Of a stretch of 64,000 nucleotides of DNA, positions 27,904-38,564 are shown one piece after another. The notes under the pieces are model-generated. The model had not been told where the DNA came from. It was given only the letters and a program-made list of their open reading frames with translations, and made no database searches. The translations under genes and the position numbers were made by a program. The DNA is from a virus: positions 32,001-96,000 of the IMG/VR virus record IMGVR_UViG_3300028608_000007; one strand, written 5' to 3'. Positions within the stretch are counted from its first letter, which is position 1. Each line of letters starts with the position of its first letter.

Positions 27904-28237
27904 CTTCTTTTCCGAGCTGCATGTGCAACGCGAAGTAGGCTTGGCGCACAGCGTCTTCAAACGTGTGAGACCAGACCGTTACTTCTTCGCCGTCTTCTTC
28001 TACCGGAAGGCAGGTGATCTGAACGATGCGATCAACTTCCAACATGGCGTGAACCACGTCGTCGGACAACCCAGCAACCGTTTGCAGATGCTCAACGGCA
28101 TCTTCAATGGTGGACTTGGGATTGTCACGGTGTTCATTGATCAGGATGGTCACAGAGCCCGAGGTGAGATCCTGGATGTCAGCCAGCATCAATTCCAGAG
28201 TCAGTTCGGCTTCTTCTGGTGCACTGTTATCCATCAT
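27896..28237 (-). CDS. Hypothetical protein (acidic)
   Basis: Coupled operon, ATGA overlap. Confidence 0.65.
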   Translation of the reverse strand: MMDNSAPEEAELTLELMLADIQDLTSGSVTILINEHRDNPKSTIEDAVEHLQTVAGLSDDVVHAMLEVDRIVQITCLPVEEDGEEVTVWSHTFEDAVRQAYFALHMQLGKEGA

Positions 28238-28608
28238 TCTTCGGCACTCGCTTGACGGACTACGGTGGGACGCATGAAGATGTCCTCGAGGTAGTCATTG
28301 GTTTCTTGCATTTCTTTCAGCGTGGCCGAACGAGTGAGGTACTCGAGTACCCGGAAGGTGACCTGGAAAGTTTCACCGTCTTCTTCACCACGAACGTGAT
28401 AGCCCATGTGACGAAGCTTCTTGATCATGCCAGCAATGCTGACGTCCTTGATACGGTCGGTTTTGGTAACCCCTTCCCGCAGTTCGCTACGAGTGAACTC
28501 GATGGTGATGTCGCTGGTGACGCCCAGCTTGATCAGGAGTTCGAAGCGATCGCAGATCAGGGAGTTGATGTGGTCGGCCAGGTCTTTGGTTTTAACAGCT
28601 ACGGACAT
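28234..28608 (-). CDS. Hypothetical protein
   Basis: GGAAAG SD; phage codon bias. Confidence 0.65.
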   Translation of the reverse strand: MSVAVKTKDLADHINSLICDRFELLIKLGVTSDITIEFTRSELREGVTKTDRIKDVSIAGMIKKLRHMGYHVRGEEDGETFQVTFRVLEYLTRSATLKEMQETNDYLEDIFMRPTVVRQASAEE

Positions 28609-28629
28609 TACTTACTTTCCTTCTGAGGA

Positions 28630-28926
28630 TTATTTCTTAGGTTCTAGGACAACGATCTCGGTGCCCCGTTTTATTTTCAGGGCGTAGTTCCCTGGGATGA
28701 AACACAATGCTTCACTACTGGACGTAGCTTTAGCCCGGCGAGGAACACCGGTTTGTTCTGATAGGACTTCGATCACAGTAGTGACCGTACGCATCATTGC
28801 ACCTTGCGGTAACAACATGTAGTACGTTTCTTGGATCGTGCCGTATCGCGCGTGGTTAGAGCAAGAAGCTCTAACCCATTCGTTACGAGGAAAACTTCCG
28901 TTATCCTCCTTACCTGCCTCGTTCAC
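28630..28926 (-). CDS. Hypothetical protein
   Basis: Overlaps upstream stop. Confidence 0.55.
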   Translation of the reverse strand: MNEAGKEDNGSFPRNEWVRASCSNHARYGTIQETYYMLLPQGAMMRTVTTVIEVLSEQTGVPRRAKATSSSEALCFIPGNYALKIKRGTEIVVLEPKK

Positions 28927-29201
28927 TCGCCACGGCCTGGGTAGTGGGCAACCAGTTCGTACAGCTCAACTGGTTTCTCGTCGATTGCCAGTTCAGTTGG
29001 AATCACCGGAACGACCTTGACGTTGGGAACGTAGGTCATGCTGGTCATCACCGAACGGCTGTGATCGTAGGTGTCTACTGGACCGGTAATGGTATCGCGG
29101 ACCAGAGCCCCGTAGCCGACAGCCATTGCTTCGGTTTTGGATTTGGCCGTTTGGTCAATTACTACCCAGCCTTTCTTAACTTCGTTATTTACTTGAGACA
29201 T
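28923..29201 (-). CDS. Hypothetical early protein
   Basis: GGAGGT SD; first gene after early promoter at 29.27 kb. Confidence 0.7.
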   Translation of the reverse strand: MSQVNNEVKKGWVVIDQTAKSKTEAMAVGYGALVRDTITGPVDTYDHSRSVMTSMTYVPNVKVVPVIPTELAIDEKPVELYELVAHYPGRGE

Positions 29202-29260
29202 CGTTTACCTCCTAAGGTACTTAAGTTGTTGTAAACAGGTTTAGATTAGTCTAATCTGTT

Positions 29261-29295
29261 CACCTAGGTAATATACACTTGAGATTTGTTTCAAT
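29261..29295 (-). promoter_or_regulatory. Early promoter
   Basis: Minus strand ATTGAAA-N13-TATATTACCTAGGTG; contains the exact phiKZ early core TATATTAC. Confidence 0.8.
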
Positions 29296-29490
29296 CGGTA
29301 TCTTTCTACTTTTCCCCTGTATGTCCCGAGTTTTGTAATTTCGTACATACCACACCTAAGTTAATGAGAGCGATATGATATCGCCTCACGGGGAATTAAT
29401 AACAACACGCAACTAGGATAACGTACCAATGGAAGCGCTAATACGCGATTACCAAGGAGCACGTCACCGGGGAGCTACAGGGTGGCGTAA

Positions 29491-29865
29491 ATGGGCAATC
29501 GCATCGGTACAGTAAACGTAACACCCGCTACACCCGAAACACCAATCACTGCTGTAAAACCCCAAACGGGATGGCTAACTGAAAGTCTGGCTCTGGCGGT
29601 TGCAAGCTCTAACCTGCTTCGACACCCCCTGTGCTACGCGGATTTGAAACACCGCAGTTGTGAAACCAGCCAAACAGAACATGGTCGCTTTGTAGAGACG
29701 CCCCTGAGGCTCCACGAAGGAATGCTTCTGTCTATCTTGTCGGGTCCGCATCATCCGTTGCTAAGGCAAGCTTATGCAAATACCCGTAATTATGTGAGAG
29801 AGTTCCTCGAACTTTCACAACCGGTGTTCCCGTGGCCAATGGGCATAAAAGCCCAAATGCTCTAG
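29491..29865 (+). CDS. Uncertain ORF (124 aa); region may instead be non-coding
   Basis: Open frame, but atypical codon usage and stop lies inside the terminator stem. Confidence 0.3.
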   Translation: MGNRIGTVNVTPATPETPITAVKPQTGWLTESLALAVASSNLLRHPLCYADLKHRSCETSQTEHGRFVETPLRLHEGMLLSILSGPHHPLLRQAYANTRNYVREFLELSQPVFPWPMGIKAQML

Positions 29866-29912
29866 CATCCTTCTTCGGAGGGATGCTAGAGCAGTCACGG
29901 TTCTTTATGCCG
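29857..29912. terminator. Long bidirectional hairpin terminator + TTTATGCCG
   Basis: tgctctagcatcc-ttcttcggag-ggatgctagagca; gggcataaaa on the left, tttatgccg on the right. Confidence 0.85.
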
Positions 29913-30330
29913 TCAGCTTCTTTTTAGGGATGCCAGCGTGTGGGAACAGTCGCAGGGTAGTTGCGTACCCATAGGTGTTCCCACTATAACCGTGGGTCTT
30001 TGGTAGATGCACTTCGAACACTGTAACACCGCACTCCTTGAACTTACGCTCCAGATAGGAGCCCAAGGAGACGATGAGGTCAATCTCTTTGTGTTCTGCG
30101 GCCGAGTGTAGGTTGCCGTTCACCTCCATTTGAAAATATTGCTTCCTGGTTGCAAAACCATCGGCCTTCTTGTTGTAAGAAAAGAACCCTACAGCGTCCA
30201 TCCCCTGATGATTAGGGGCCTCTGCTAACAAGATGATCTTGGTGTTGTCGGTTAAAGCTAGGCCATCTCTACGCTCCACCGCTGCTTCAATGGTTGCCAT
30301 CTCGCGTACTCCATATCCCATTGATGACAA
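29905..30330 (-). CDS. Hypothetical protein
   Basis: 141-aa ORF ending at terminator; start uncertain (30330 or 30300). Confidence 0.5.
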   Translation of the reverse strand: MSSMGYGVREMATIEAAVERRDGLALTDNTKIILLAEAPNHQGMDAVGFFSYNKKADGFATRKQYFQMEVNGNLHSAAEHKEIDLIVSLGSYLERKFKECGVTVFEVHLPKTHGYSGNTYGYATTLRLFPHAGIPKKKLTA

Positions 30331-30421
30331 GAGAAACTCGGGGAGTTTTTCTATTGTGTTAAGTGTTGGCAGTTACACCTCGGTTTTGTAATAGGGTGCT
30401 TCCTGCTCACACAATAGGGGT

Positions 30422-30916
30422 TTATGCCATCATTTGACTTTGAGCCCACAACGACTCTTGTTCACGTTTGGCAGGATCGTTAGATGGTTCAGTCACATTG
30501 AAGGTGATCTGATACAGCTTAACCGCGTTGTAGATAGTCGCAGCGGTGACTTCTGGGACTTCGAGTACCTTCATAGCCTCGAGCAATACCAGATCCGCCT
30601 GCGGCCTTGTAATGCGTTTAGGAACGCCGTCGACAGTGACCGACAGATACTCACAGAGAATGTCGTGAACTACCGCAGCCTGACCGTAAGCTCCCCATGG
30701 TGGAATGATCGACCAGAACGCCCGTGGTACCGAGGCACCGTCAGTCAGATAGCCCGCAGGAACATCGACCCACTGATTGCTACCCTTAGCCCCAAGGTAA
30801 TAGCGAAACCCCTTCATAACGCGCCAGTAGTCCTTACCGAGGCGTTTACTGGCTTCATGGTCGTAAGTAACCATCAGCTCAGCATCGAACTTTGTAAACC
30901 CTAGCAGTTGTGTCAT
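30422..30916 (-). CDS. DUF1353 family protein
   Basis: VPAGYLTDGASVPRAFWSIIPPWGAYGQAAVVHDILC signature. Confidence 0.85.
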   Translation of the reverse strand: MTQLLGFTKFDAELMVTYDHEASKRLGKDYWRVMKGFRYYLGAKGSNQWVDVPAGYLTDGASVPRAFWSIIPPWGAYGQAAVVHDILCEYLSVTVDGVPKRITRPQADLVLLEAMKVLEVPEVTAATIYNAVKLYQITFNVTEPSNDPAKREQESLWAQSQMMA

Positions 30917-31055
30917 GTTAGCCCCATGCTTTATATAGCTCGTAGAGACTCCAGGTCACCACGAACGTGATAAACAAACTATGTCCCCAATAGAAGCTCA
31001 AGTCCCTTTTAGTCATTGGAACTTACCTCAATAATTACAGACATAAGAATGGGGC

Positions 31056-31087
31056 AAAAAAAAAAAGAGGGGCCGAAGCCCCCCTCT
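31056..31087 (-). terminator. Intrinsic terminator
   Basis: agaggggc-cgaa-gcccccctct with poly-A on + (U-tract on -). Confidence 0.8.
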
Positions 31088-31088
31088 G

Positions 31089-31478
31089 TCAATGTACCGT
31101 AGTCGGCGCGTAGAACACACGTTCACCTTGGCGGTATTCCTGCAAGTGCAGGCGTTTCCACGGGATCACGTTTCCAGCTTCCATTTGCTCGAGCAACTCA
31201 GGGTTGGTGTTATGCAGCGAGATCGGATTGCCGTAAGGCTTGAGTGCCTCAACCAGCGCAGGGTCCGTCATTACTTCCAACGACACCTTGCGACGGTTCT
31301 TGACCTCACGGGAGGTCGTGATGCGATCGATGAGTCCGAGCTGTTGAAATTTGATGTTGAAATACACGTATCCACCGGACGCTTTCTTCACCGCCACATA
31401 CGGCAGGTTAGGATCGAACATTCCAGTTTCAATACCCACGGGAACTGCCACTTCACGGCGCAGACTAAGCAGGCTCAT
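31089..31478 (-). CDS. Hypothetical protein
   Basis: Coupled to DHFR. Confidence 0.6.
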   Translation of the reverse strand: MSLLSLRREVAVPVGIETGMFDPNLPYVAVKKASGGYVYFNIKFQQLGLIDRITTSREVKNRRKVSLEVMTDPALVEALKPYGNPISLHNTNPELLEQMEAGNVIPWKRLHLQEYRQGERVFYAPTTVH

Positions 31479-32058
31479 CTTTGATCACCTTTCGTTCCAA
31501 TACGTTAATGTCGAATTTAACATCCTGGGTGTGGAATGTGATATCCCACTCCAGGGGATTCCATTCGGGAAAATACGTATCGCACTGGTAAGTACCGTGG
31601 ACAGTGGTCAAGCACATCTCCTCGACCAAATCCTTTTCCAGTACCTCAGCGTAAAGCTGTGCCCCTCCAATTACCACGGGGTTGCCTAAATCAACCCCAA
31701 GTGCGCGACTCCAATTTTCCCTTACGGCATCGCAAAGCTGGAACGCATGTTCCAGATCACGAGCCACATACAGCCCGAAGCGCAGGTAGTCTCTGACGTA
31801 GTCTTTCCCCGACAATACGATCAGAGCCCGGCCTGGTAGCAACGGTTGTTTCTCACTGCCCCACGATTCATCTGCGGGGAGCTTCTTACGCGCGATCAGG
31901 GAGTCGACGGTCTTACTCCCAGCGATCACGATTTTCCCGTAGGTGTAGTTGTAGAAGTTTCTCAAGTCTTCTGGACATTCCCACGGGAGATTATTGTTGA
32001 GTCCGATGCCCCGTTCAGCATCCATCGCCGCAATCAGATTCACTTTCCGCTTGTGCAT
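31465..32058 (-). CDS. folA: Dihydrofolate reductase
   Basis: LIAAMD..RGIG.NN.LPW..PED, LLPGR..IVLS, VIGGAQLY, DTYFPEW. Confidence 0.9.
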   Translation of the reverse strand: MHKRKVNLIAAMDAERGIGLNNNLPWECPEDLRNFYNYTYGKIVIAGSKTVDSLIARKKLPADESWGSEKQPLLPGRALIVLSGKDYVRDYLRFGLYVARDLEHAFQLCDAVRENWSRALGVDLGNPVVIGGAQLYAEVLEKDLVEEMCLTTVHGTYQCDTYFPEWNPLEWDITFHTQDVKFDINVLERKVIKDEPA

Positions 32059-32716
32059 TCTTTAAAGCCTCGACCTGACGCTCAGGCGCGTAGTAAAAGG
32101 TAGGCGTCTCCCGGTCTTCAGAGACCAGCTCAGTCAGGAACAGTGGTTCGTTCTTCTTGAGTTCTAGACCCCAGTGTTTAGGGGAACCGCTGTAGCCGTA
32201 CTTGCTGAACATCAGAATGTCAGCAGTCAGCACAACAGGTTCATGCGGCACTTGGACGTAGTGTTTGGTAGGATCTTCTTTGCAGATCTCTATTTCATAT
32301 GGCACACGAATTTCTTTATACGCATCCCACAGTAGGTCTTTGCAGATAGCAGTCCACAGTTCCGCTTCGTTGTCACGAGCCCAGTGGAAATCTTCCACCG
32401 ATTCGTAACGTACGCAAACAGGAATGGCTTCTTCTTCACGGAGGATAGCCATCCCGCAGTACGCATCGATCTTACCGATCTCAGCAGCAGGCAGTGCGTA
32501 GTACAGGTATTCGTCAATGAACAGCATCAATTCTTTCAAGGAGTCGGAATGAGTCTTCCGGTCCATGATGGGTTTGAGGATTGCTCGAGCAACGATGCCC
32601 TCAGTTTGTTTCTTTTTAGCCATTTTCAAGGCTTTCTTCTGAACTTCCTTGAAACCATGATTCTTGTGAGTCAGGGCCAGAATCAACAGAGTATCCAGAT
32701 CGCCGAACTTTTCCAC
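32015..32716 (-). CDS. Hypothetical protein
   Basis: 233-aa ORF in minus-strand operon. Confidence 0.6.
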   Translation of the reverse strand: MEKFGDLDTLLILALTHKNHGFKEVQKKALKMAKKKQTEGIVARAILKPIMDRKTHSDSLKELMLFIDEYLYYALPAAEIGKIDAYCGMAILREEEAIPVCVRYESVEDFHWARDNEAELWTAICKDLLWDAYKEIRVPYEIEICKEDPTKHYVQVPHEPVVLTADILMFSKYGYSGSPKHWGLELKKNEPLFLTELVSEDRETPTFYYAPERQVEALKNAQAESESDCGDGC

Positions 32717-32793
32717 GTTTACTACCTTAATAAGTCTTAGCTCTTCTAAGAGCGGGAGTTAGAGTGGGGCCCCAAAGGACCCCGTGGTATTAC

Positions 32794-33771
32794 CTAGATC
32801 TTTGCCAGCCAGTGATCACGAGGAACACGGACCGACGCCGAGTTGGTGTGGCCACCACCGCCCAGTGCTGTTGCGATTGCTTCGCAGTCGGCAGCATTAG
32901 GGTTGTCGCGGCTCGAGTTAAAACGGAACACACGTGCGTCTGCCGTATCGAAGTAACTCATCACCAAGGAGTGTTCCGTGGTGTAACGATCGTTCAGCGC
33001 ACTGTACAGCGGTTTCGGTGCATTGAACATCGGTACATCGATCAGGACGATAGGTTCAGAACCATCGACCGTTTCAATAGTACCTGTGAAGTTACGACGA
33101 GTTTCACGAGCGTACCAATCCAGCAGGTTGTTGTCGCTACGTTCCAGCACTTCCCCTGCATCAATCAGGTTCTGCGCAGGCAACAGCGACAGGGCTTCCC
33201 ACTGGAGCAGATCCGCTTCGGTATTGCTGGTCAGGAATGCAGCACAAGCACGGCTGTACCTGCGACTACCCGGAACCTTGAAACGGAACAGGTCGGCATC
33301 ACCCGACATGGTTACGATGGTTGGTTCTGGAGCAGACGCGCCGTTGAAGAACTTCCACGCCAGTTGAGCACCGGATTCGTAGATGTCTACGTACAGCTTG
33401 AGGTTTGGTGGATTCACCTCGTAAGGCATTGCGCCTTCGTAAGGTTTACCCATGTCCTCGGCGATGTTGAACGCCTGCTGAGCAGCGCTGGTTTCGCTGT
33501 TCAACGCGGTGTACATCTTTTCAGTGGTCTTGTGGTGGTCAATGACGATCACCAGTTCAGCCACTTTACACAGTTCCCGCAACACCGAGATCGGGTAGGA
33601 GAAGTCCAGGATGTAAAGGATCTCGCCCCGCTCAATCTTCGGTGGAGCTTCGCCATATTCGGCGGACACGAAAGTTGCATGGGGGAGCCGTTGATGAGCA
33701 ACCCAAGCGGCTGTGATCCCATCAACGCAGTTCCGGTGGTAGACCACCGTTGTTTTTGCTGGTTCAGTCAT
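32794..33771 (-). CDS. DHH/DHHA1 family phosphoesterase (NrnB-like)
   Basis: YHRNCVDG, YILDFS, IDHHKT, GGGGH motifs; GGAGGG SD before ATG 33771. Confidence 0.85.
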   Translation of the reverse strand: MTEPAKTTVVYHRNCVDGITAAWVAHQRLPHATFVSAEYGEAPPKIERGEILYILDFSYPISVLRELCKVAELVIVIDHHKTTEKMYTALNSETSAAQQAFNIAEDMGKPYEGAMPYEVNPPNLKLYVDIYESGAQLAWKFFNGASAPEPTIVTMSGDADLFRFKVPGSRRYSRACAAFLTSNTEADLLQWEALSLLPAQNLIDAGEVLERSDNNLLDWYARETRRNFTGTIETVDGSEPIVLIDVPMFNAPKPLYSALNDRYTTEHSLVMSYFDTADARVFRFNSSRDNPNAADCEAIATALGGGGHTNSASVRVPRDHWLAKI

Positions 33772-33787
33772 ATCCCCTCCTAGGGAT

Positions 33788-34195
33788 TCAAAGATCGACG
33801 TCCTTCCACTCACGAGTAATTCCCCCGATTTCATGATCTGAAATGACGTACATCACTGAGATATCCGCCTTTGTTGGATGGTGGAAGCCAAACAAGAAGT
33901 ACGGACTTTCACTCATATACACCAGAGTATCCCCATACTGCGGGGTCCTCCGGGCAACCTCAACGCCAATAATGCGTTCAGGCCACTGTTGGTGATGAAA
34001 CTGACCTACTGTGCAATCCACGGCGTGTTGGCCCAACTCTGGTAACGGCGCTTGGTCACCGCAGTCAGCAAAGAACACAGGACGGTTGTCAGGAGTTACA
34101 TAGCCAAACTCAATGTTGGGAATGGACAACGCTCCCGCCAAAGTGTCTTGGGCTTCCTGAAAACTATCGTGAACGTCACCTGGTTGACGGATCAA
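33788..34195 (-). CDS. Hypothetical protein
   Basis: Probable TTG start overlapping upstream TGA (TTGA); ORF track start 34279 is an extension. Confidence 0.5.
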   Translation of the reverse strand: MIRQPGDVHDSFQEAQDTLAGALSIPNIEFGYVTPDNRPVFFADCGDQAPLPELGQHAVDCTVGQFHHQQWPERIIGVEVARRTPQYGDTLVYMSESPYFLFGFHHPTKADISVMYVISDHEIGGITREWKDVDL

Positions 34196-34611
34196 GCGTT
34201 TTGTGGTTGTTCGCACAGGATTGCATGCCCCATCGGATAGGCCTCTATATAGGCAGTTAACAGTTTGAGCCACAACCACGGGTTATCAAACCCAGGACTG
34301 TAGCCTGCACCACCCGGTGCTGGAAACTGCGTTTTGACCCTGAGGAATTCCTCGTACAGGTCTTTGCGGTACTCCAAGAAGATCGTCTTCGAAGCCCGGT
34401 GGAAATGAATCTCCAGACCGGTAGCCTCAATCCGCTTGAAGTACAGCGTGTACTCCTTACCATCAACTGTCACGGTGCCACTGTGCACGTGCTGATCCCG
34501 GAAGCGTGGGATCAGAAGTTTCTGGATGAGTTGTGAAAACAGAAACGAGGTTGCCGACGTTAGAGTTTCATGGGTTTGCATGGCACGTTCCATCAGGTAT
34601 ACGTTTGTCAT
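34192..34611 (-). CDS. Hypothetical protein
   Basis: Start MTNVYLM at 34611. Confidence 0.55.
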   Translation of the reverse strand: MTNVYLMERAMQTHETLTSATSFLFSQLIQKLLIPRFRDQHVHSGTVTVDGKEYTLYFKRIEATGLEIHFHRASKTIFLEYRKDLYEEFLRVKTQFPAPGGAGYSPGFDNPWLWLKLLTAYIEAYPMGHAILCEQPQNA

Positions 34612-34899
34612 TCTTCGGTTCCCCTTGCATGGCGGAGCGATCAAAGAAATCGCCCCCAATGAATGGTACTACCGCTCCAGACAGCACGCCGTCCAGCAAG
34701 TTCTTGTATGCTGGCAGACGCTCCTTGAAGGTTCGAACTCGGGTAGCGCCACCACTTCTTCCGATGTGGTAATCCGAAATCACTACCGTACCTGCCGGAT
34801 CAAAGAAGTCAGCTTCGACATCAATGACCCGACTTTCCCTTGCAAACGGCATGGGTTGTTTATTACGACCTCCCATGTAAACCTTTTTCTTCTTCATCA

Positions 34900-34900
<1 letters not shown>
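34568..34900 (-). CDS. Short protein with N-terminal metallophosphoesterase-like motifs (possibly truncated)
   Basis: VISDYHIG and GGDFFD motifs but no GNH(D/E) or later His motifs. Confidence 0.45.
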
Positions 34901-36984
<2,084 letters not shown>

Positions 36985-36999
36985 TCAACCCCTTGGTAC

Positions 37000-38187
37000 T
37001 TATTTGACCAGGTTAGCGCCGCCGAGGTAATCAGCATCGAAGTCAGCGTTACTGGCATCGAGTTTCAGACGGGTGACGCGTTCGAACATGGTGGAGTGGA
37101 AGTAACGTGGTTCGCTACCGTAGCTGTCCAGACGAACCGGTTCGAACGGATCGTACTTGGAGAAGCTCAGTTGCAGAGCCAGCAGGTCGCCTTTCGGAGA
37201 CGCGTTGTGGCCACGGCCGCCGTAGCCGTAATCGCGCTCGTTGAAGTAGTTCTTGACCCCGACTTCGAGCACGATGATGTGTTCTTCTGGGTTCAGGATC
37301 GAACGCAGTACATCACCACGCTTGAGTTCTTCCACCGGCAGAGTCGCAGCAATGCGGTCAGCCAGTTCCAGAGTAGCCTCGAAACTGCTGGCTTTCTGGA
37401 AGTCGCGAGCCTTCTTCTCAACCGAGTCGAAGTCGAACGGCTGGATCAGGATACCGTTGAAGCCAGCGTACCGCTCTGGTTGGTCTACGTCGTACACATC
37501 GTAGTGGAACGGATGTGCGTGTTGCGGGAAGTAGACCCCGTTCTTCTGGTTGAAGTCAAAGGCCTTGGTGACTGCCTTGACATCACCATTGATCCAGACC
37601 ATCGCGGTCATTTCGACGCCGAAGTAGCGCGCCCAGCGAACCAGCGACTTGTTACGGCTACCACCAGCGTGGTAGTTTTCAGCGGTCCAGATCTGACCCT
37701 TGGCAACCTCGATGGTGCGCAGAGCATCGAGGGACTGACCAACGATCAGCTTGGCGGTTTCGACTTCGTGCAGGTTGGACAAGGCTTCGGTCTCGGCTTT
37801 CGGATTGACTTCGTTCAGTGCGGTGTAGCCACCCAGTTCTGCACGGGTGGGGTGATGCAGCGCTGGGTTGTGTTCTGCCGCTGCTTTGTCAGCAGGGCGA
37901 GCCATGGCGCCAGCTTGTGGACGGTGAGCAGCGAGCTTGGCCAGGTCAGTCAGGTTTTCACCATCTTTGACCTGAACCGGTTCAGGACCTTTCGGTTGAG
38001 CGCCGGTGGCGCCAGCAGCCGCTTCGGATTTCAGCTTGTCCTCGGCAATCTGTGCAGCAGTGCGACGGGTGCGAGGTTTCTTTTCAGCAGCAGGTTTCTT
38101 GGCCGCAGGTTTGGTAGCCGGTTTTGCAGCAGCTTTAGTGGCTGGCTTGGCGGCAGGGGTTTTAGCGGCGGTATCTTTAGTAGCCAT
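37000..38187 (-). CDS. Protein with N-terminal Ala/Lys/Pro histone-H1/AlgP-like tail
   Basis: TAAKTPAAKPATKAAAKPATKPAAKKPAAEKKPRTRR; strong high-expression codon bias. Confidence 0.75.
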   Translation of the reverse strand: MATKDTAAKTPAAKPATKAAAKPATKPAAKKPAAEKKPRTRRTAAQIAEDKLKSEAAAGATGAQPKGPEPVQVKDGENLTDLAKLAAHRPQAGAMARPADKAAAEHNPALHHPTRAELGGYTALNEVNPKAETEALSNLHEVETAKLIVGQSLDALRTIEVAKGQIWTAENYHAGGSRNKSLVRWARYFGVEMTAMVWINGDVKAVTKAFDFNQKNGVYFPQHAHPFHYDVYDVDQPERYAGFNGILIQPFDFDSVEKKARDFQKASSFEATLELADRIAATLPVEELKRGDVLRSILNPEEHIIVLEVGVKNYFNERDYGYGGRGHNASPKGDLLALQLSFSKYDPFEPVRLDSYGSEPRYFHSTMFERVTRLKLDASNADFDADYLGGANLVK

Positions 38188-38200
38188 CGTAGGCATTTCC

Positions 38201-38452
38201 TTACTGGTGTGGGTAGTGGTACATGTTGCGGACAGTGGAGACTTGATGATTCAGTTCCATGCCCAAGTATTGTTGGTGAATCGTTTGGTCAGCTTGGGAA
38301 AGCAGACTCAGAGCTTGACAGGCTTCTGTTGCGGTGTTAGGTGGGAAGAGCATGATAGCTTTCCCGGCTTTCGTGGTGAAACGGGTTTGCGGATAGAGCC
38401 TTACCAACAAGTCTACCGCATCTCGTACTTGTGTGGTGTCAAGCATTGGCAT
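38201..38452 (-). CDS. Hypothetical protein
   Basis: GGAGAG SD; 83 aa. Confidence 0.55.
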   Translation of the reverse strand: MPMLDTTQVRDAVDLLVRLYPQTRFTTKAGKAIMLFPPNTATEACQALSLLSQADQTIHQQYLGMELNHQVSTVRNMYHYPHQ

Positions 38453-38564
38453 GGATTACTCTCCTTAGAGCAGATGCCATAAGGATGGGAATAAAAGCCC
38501 CCATCCTTATTCTTTTTATAGAACAGGTTTATTTAGGCAATTGATAGCCCAAGGGTGTTAGGTT

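Noticed and set aside
29400-29860. Possible tRNA, tmRNA or group I intron in the long gap
   Set aside because: No T-arm GTTCRA in a cloverleaf, no CCA end, no P7/R-S core recognised by eye; kept only as a generic ncRNA candidate.
31056-31068. Long poly-A runs (also 27833, 45150) as phase-variation tracts
   Set aside because: Intergenic and adjacent to hairpins; they are terminator U-tracts for the minus strand.
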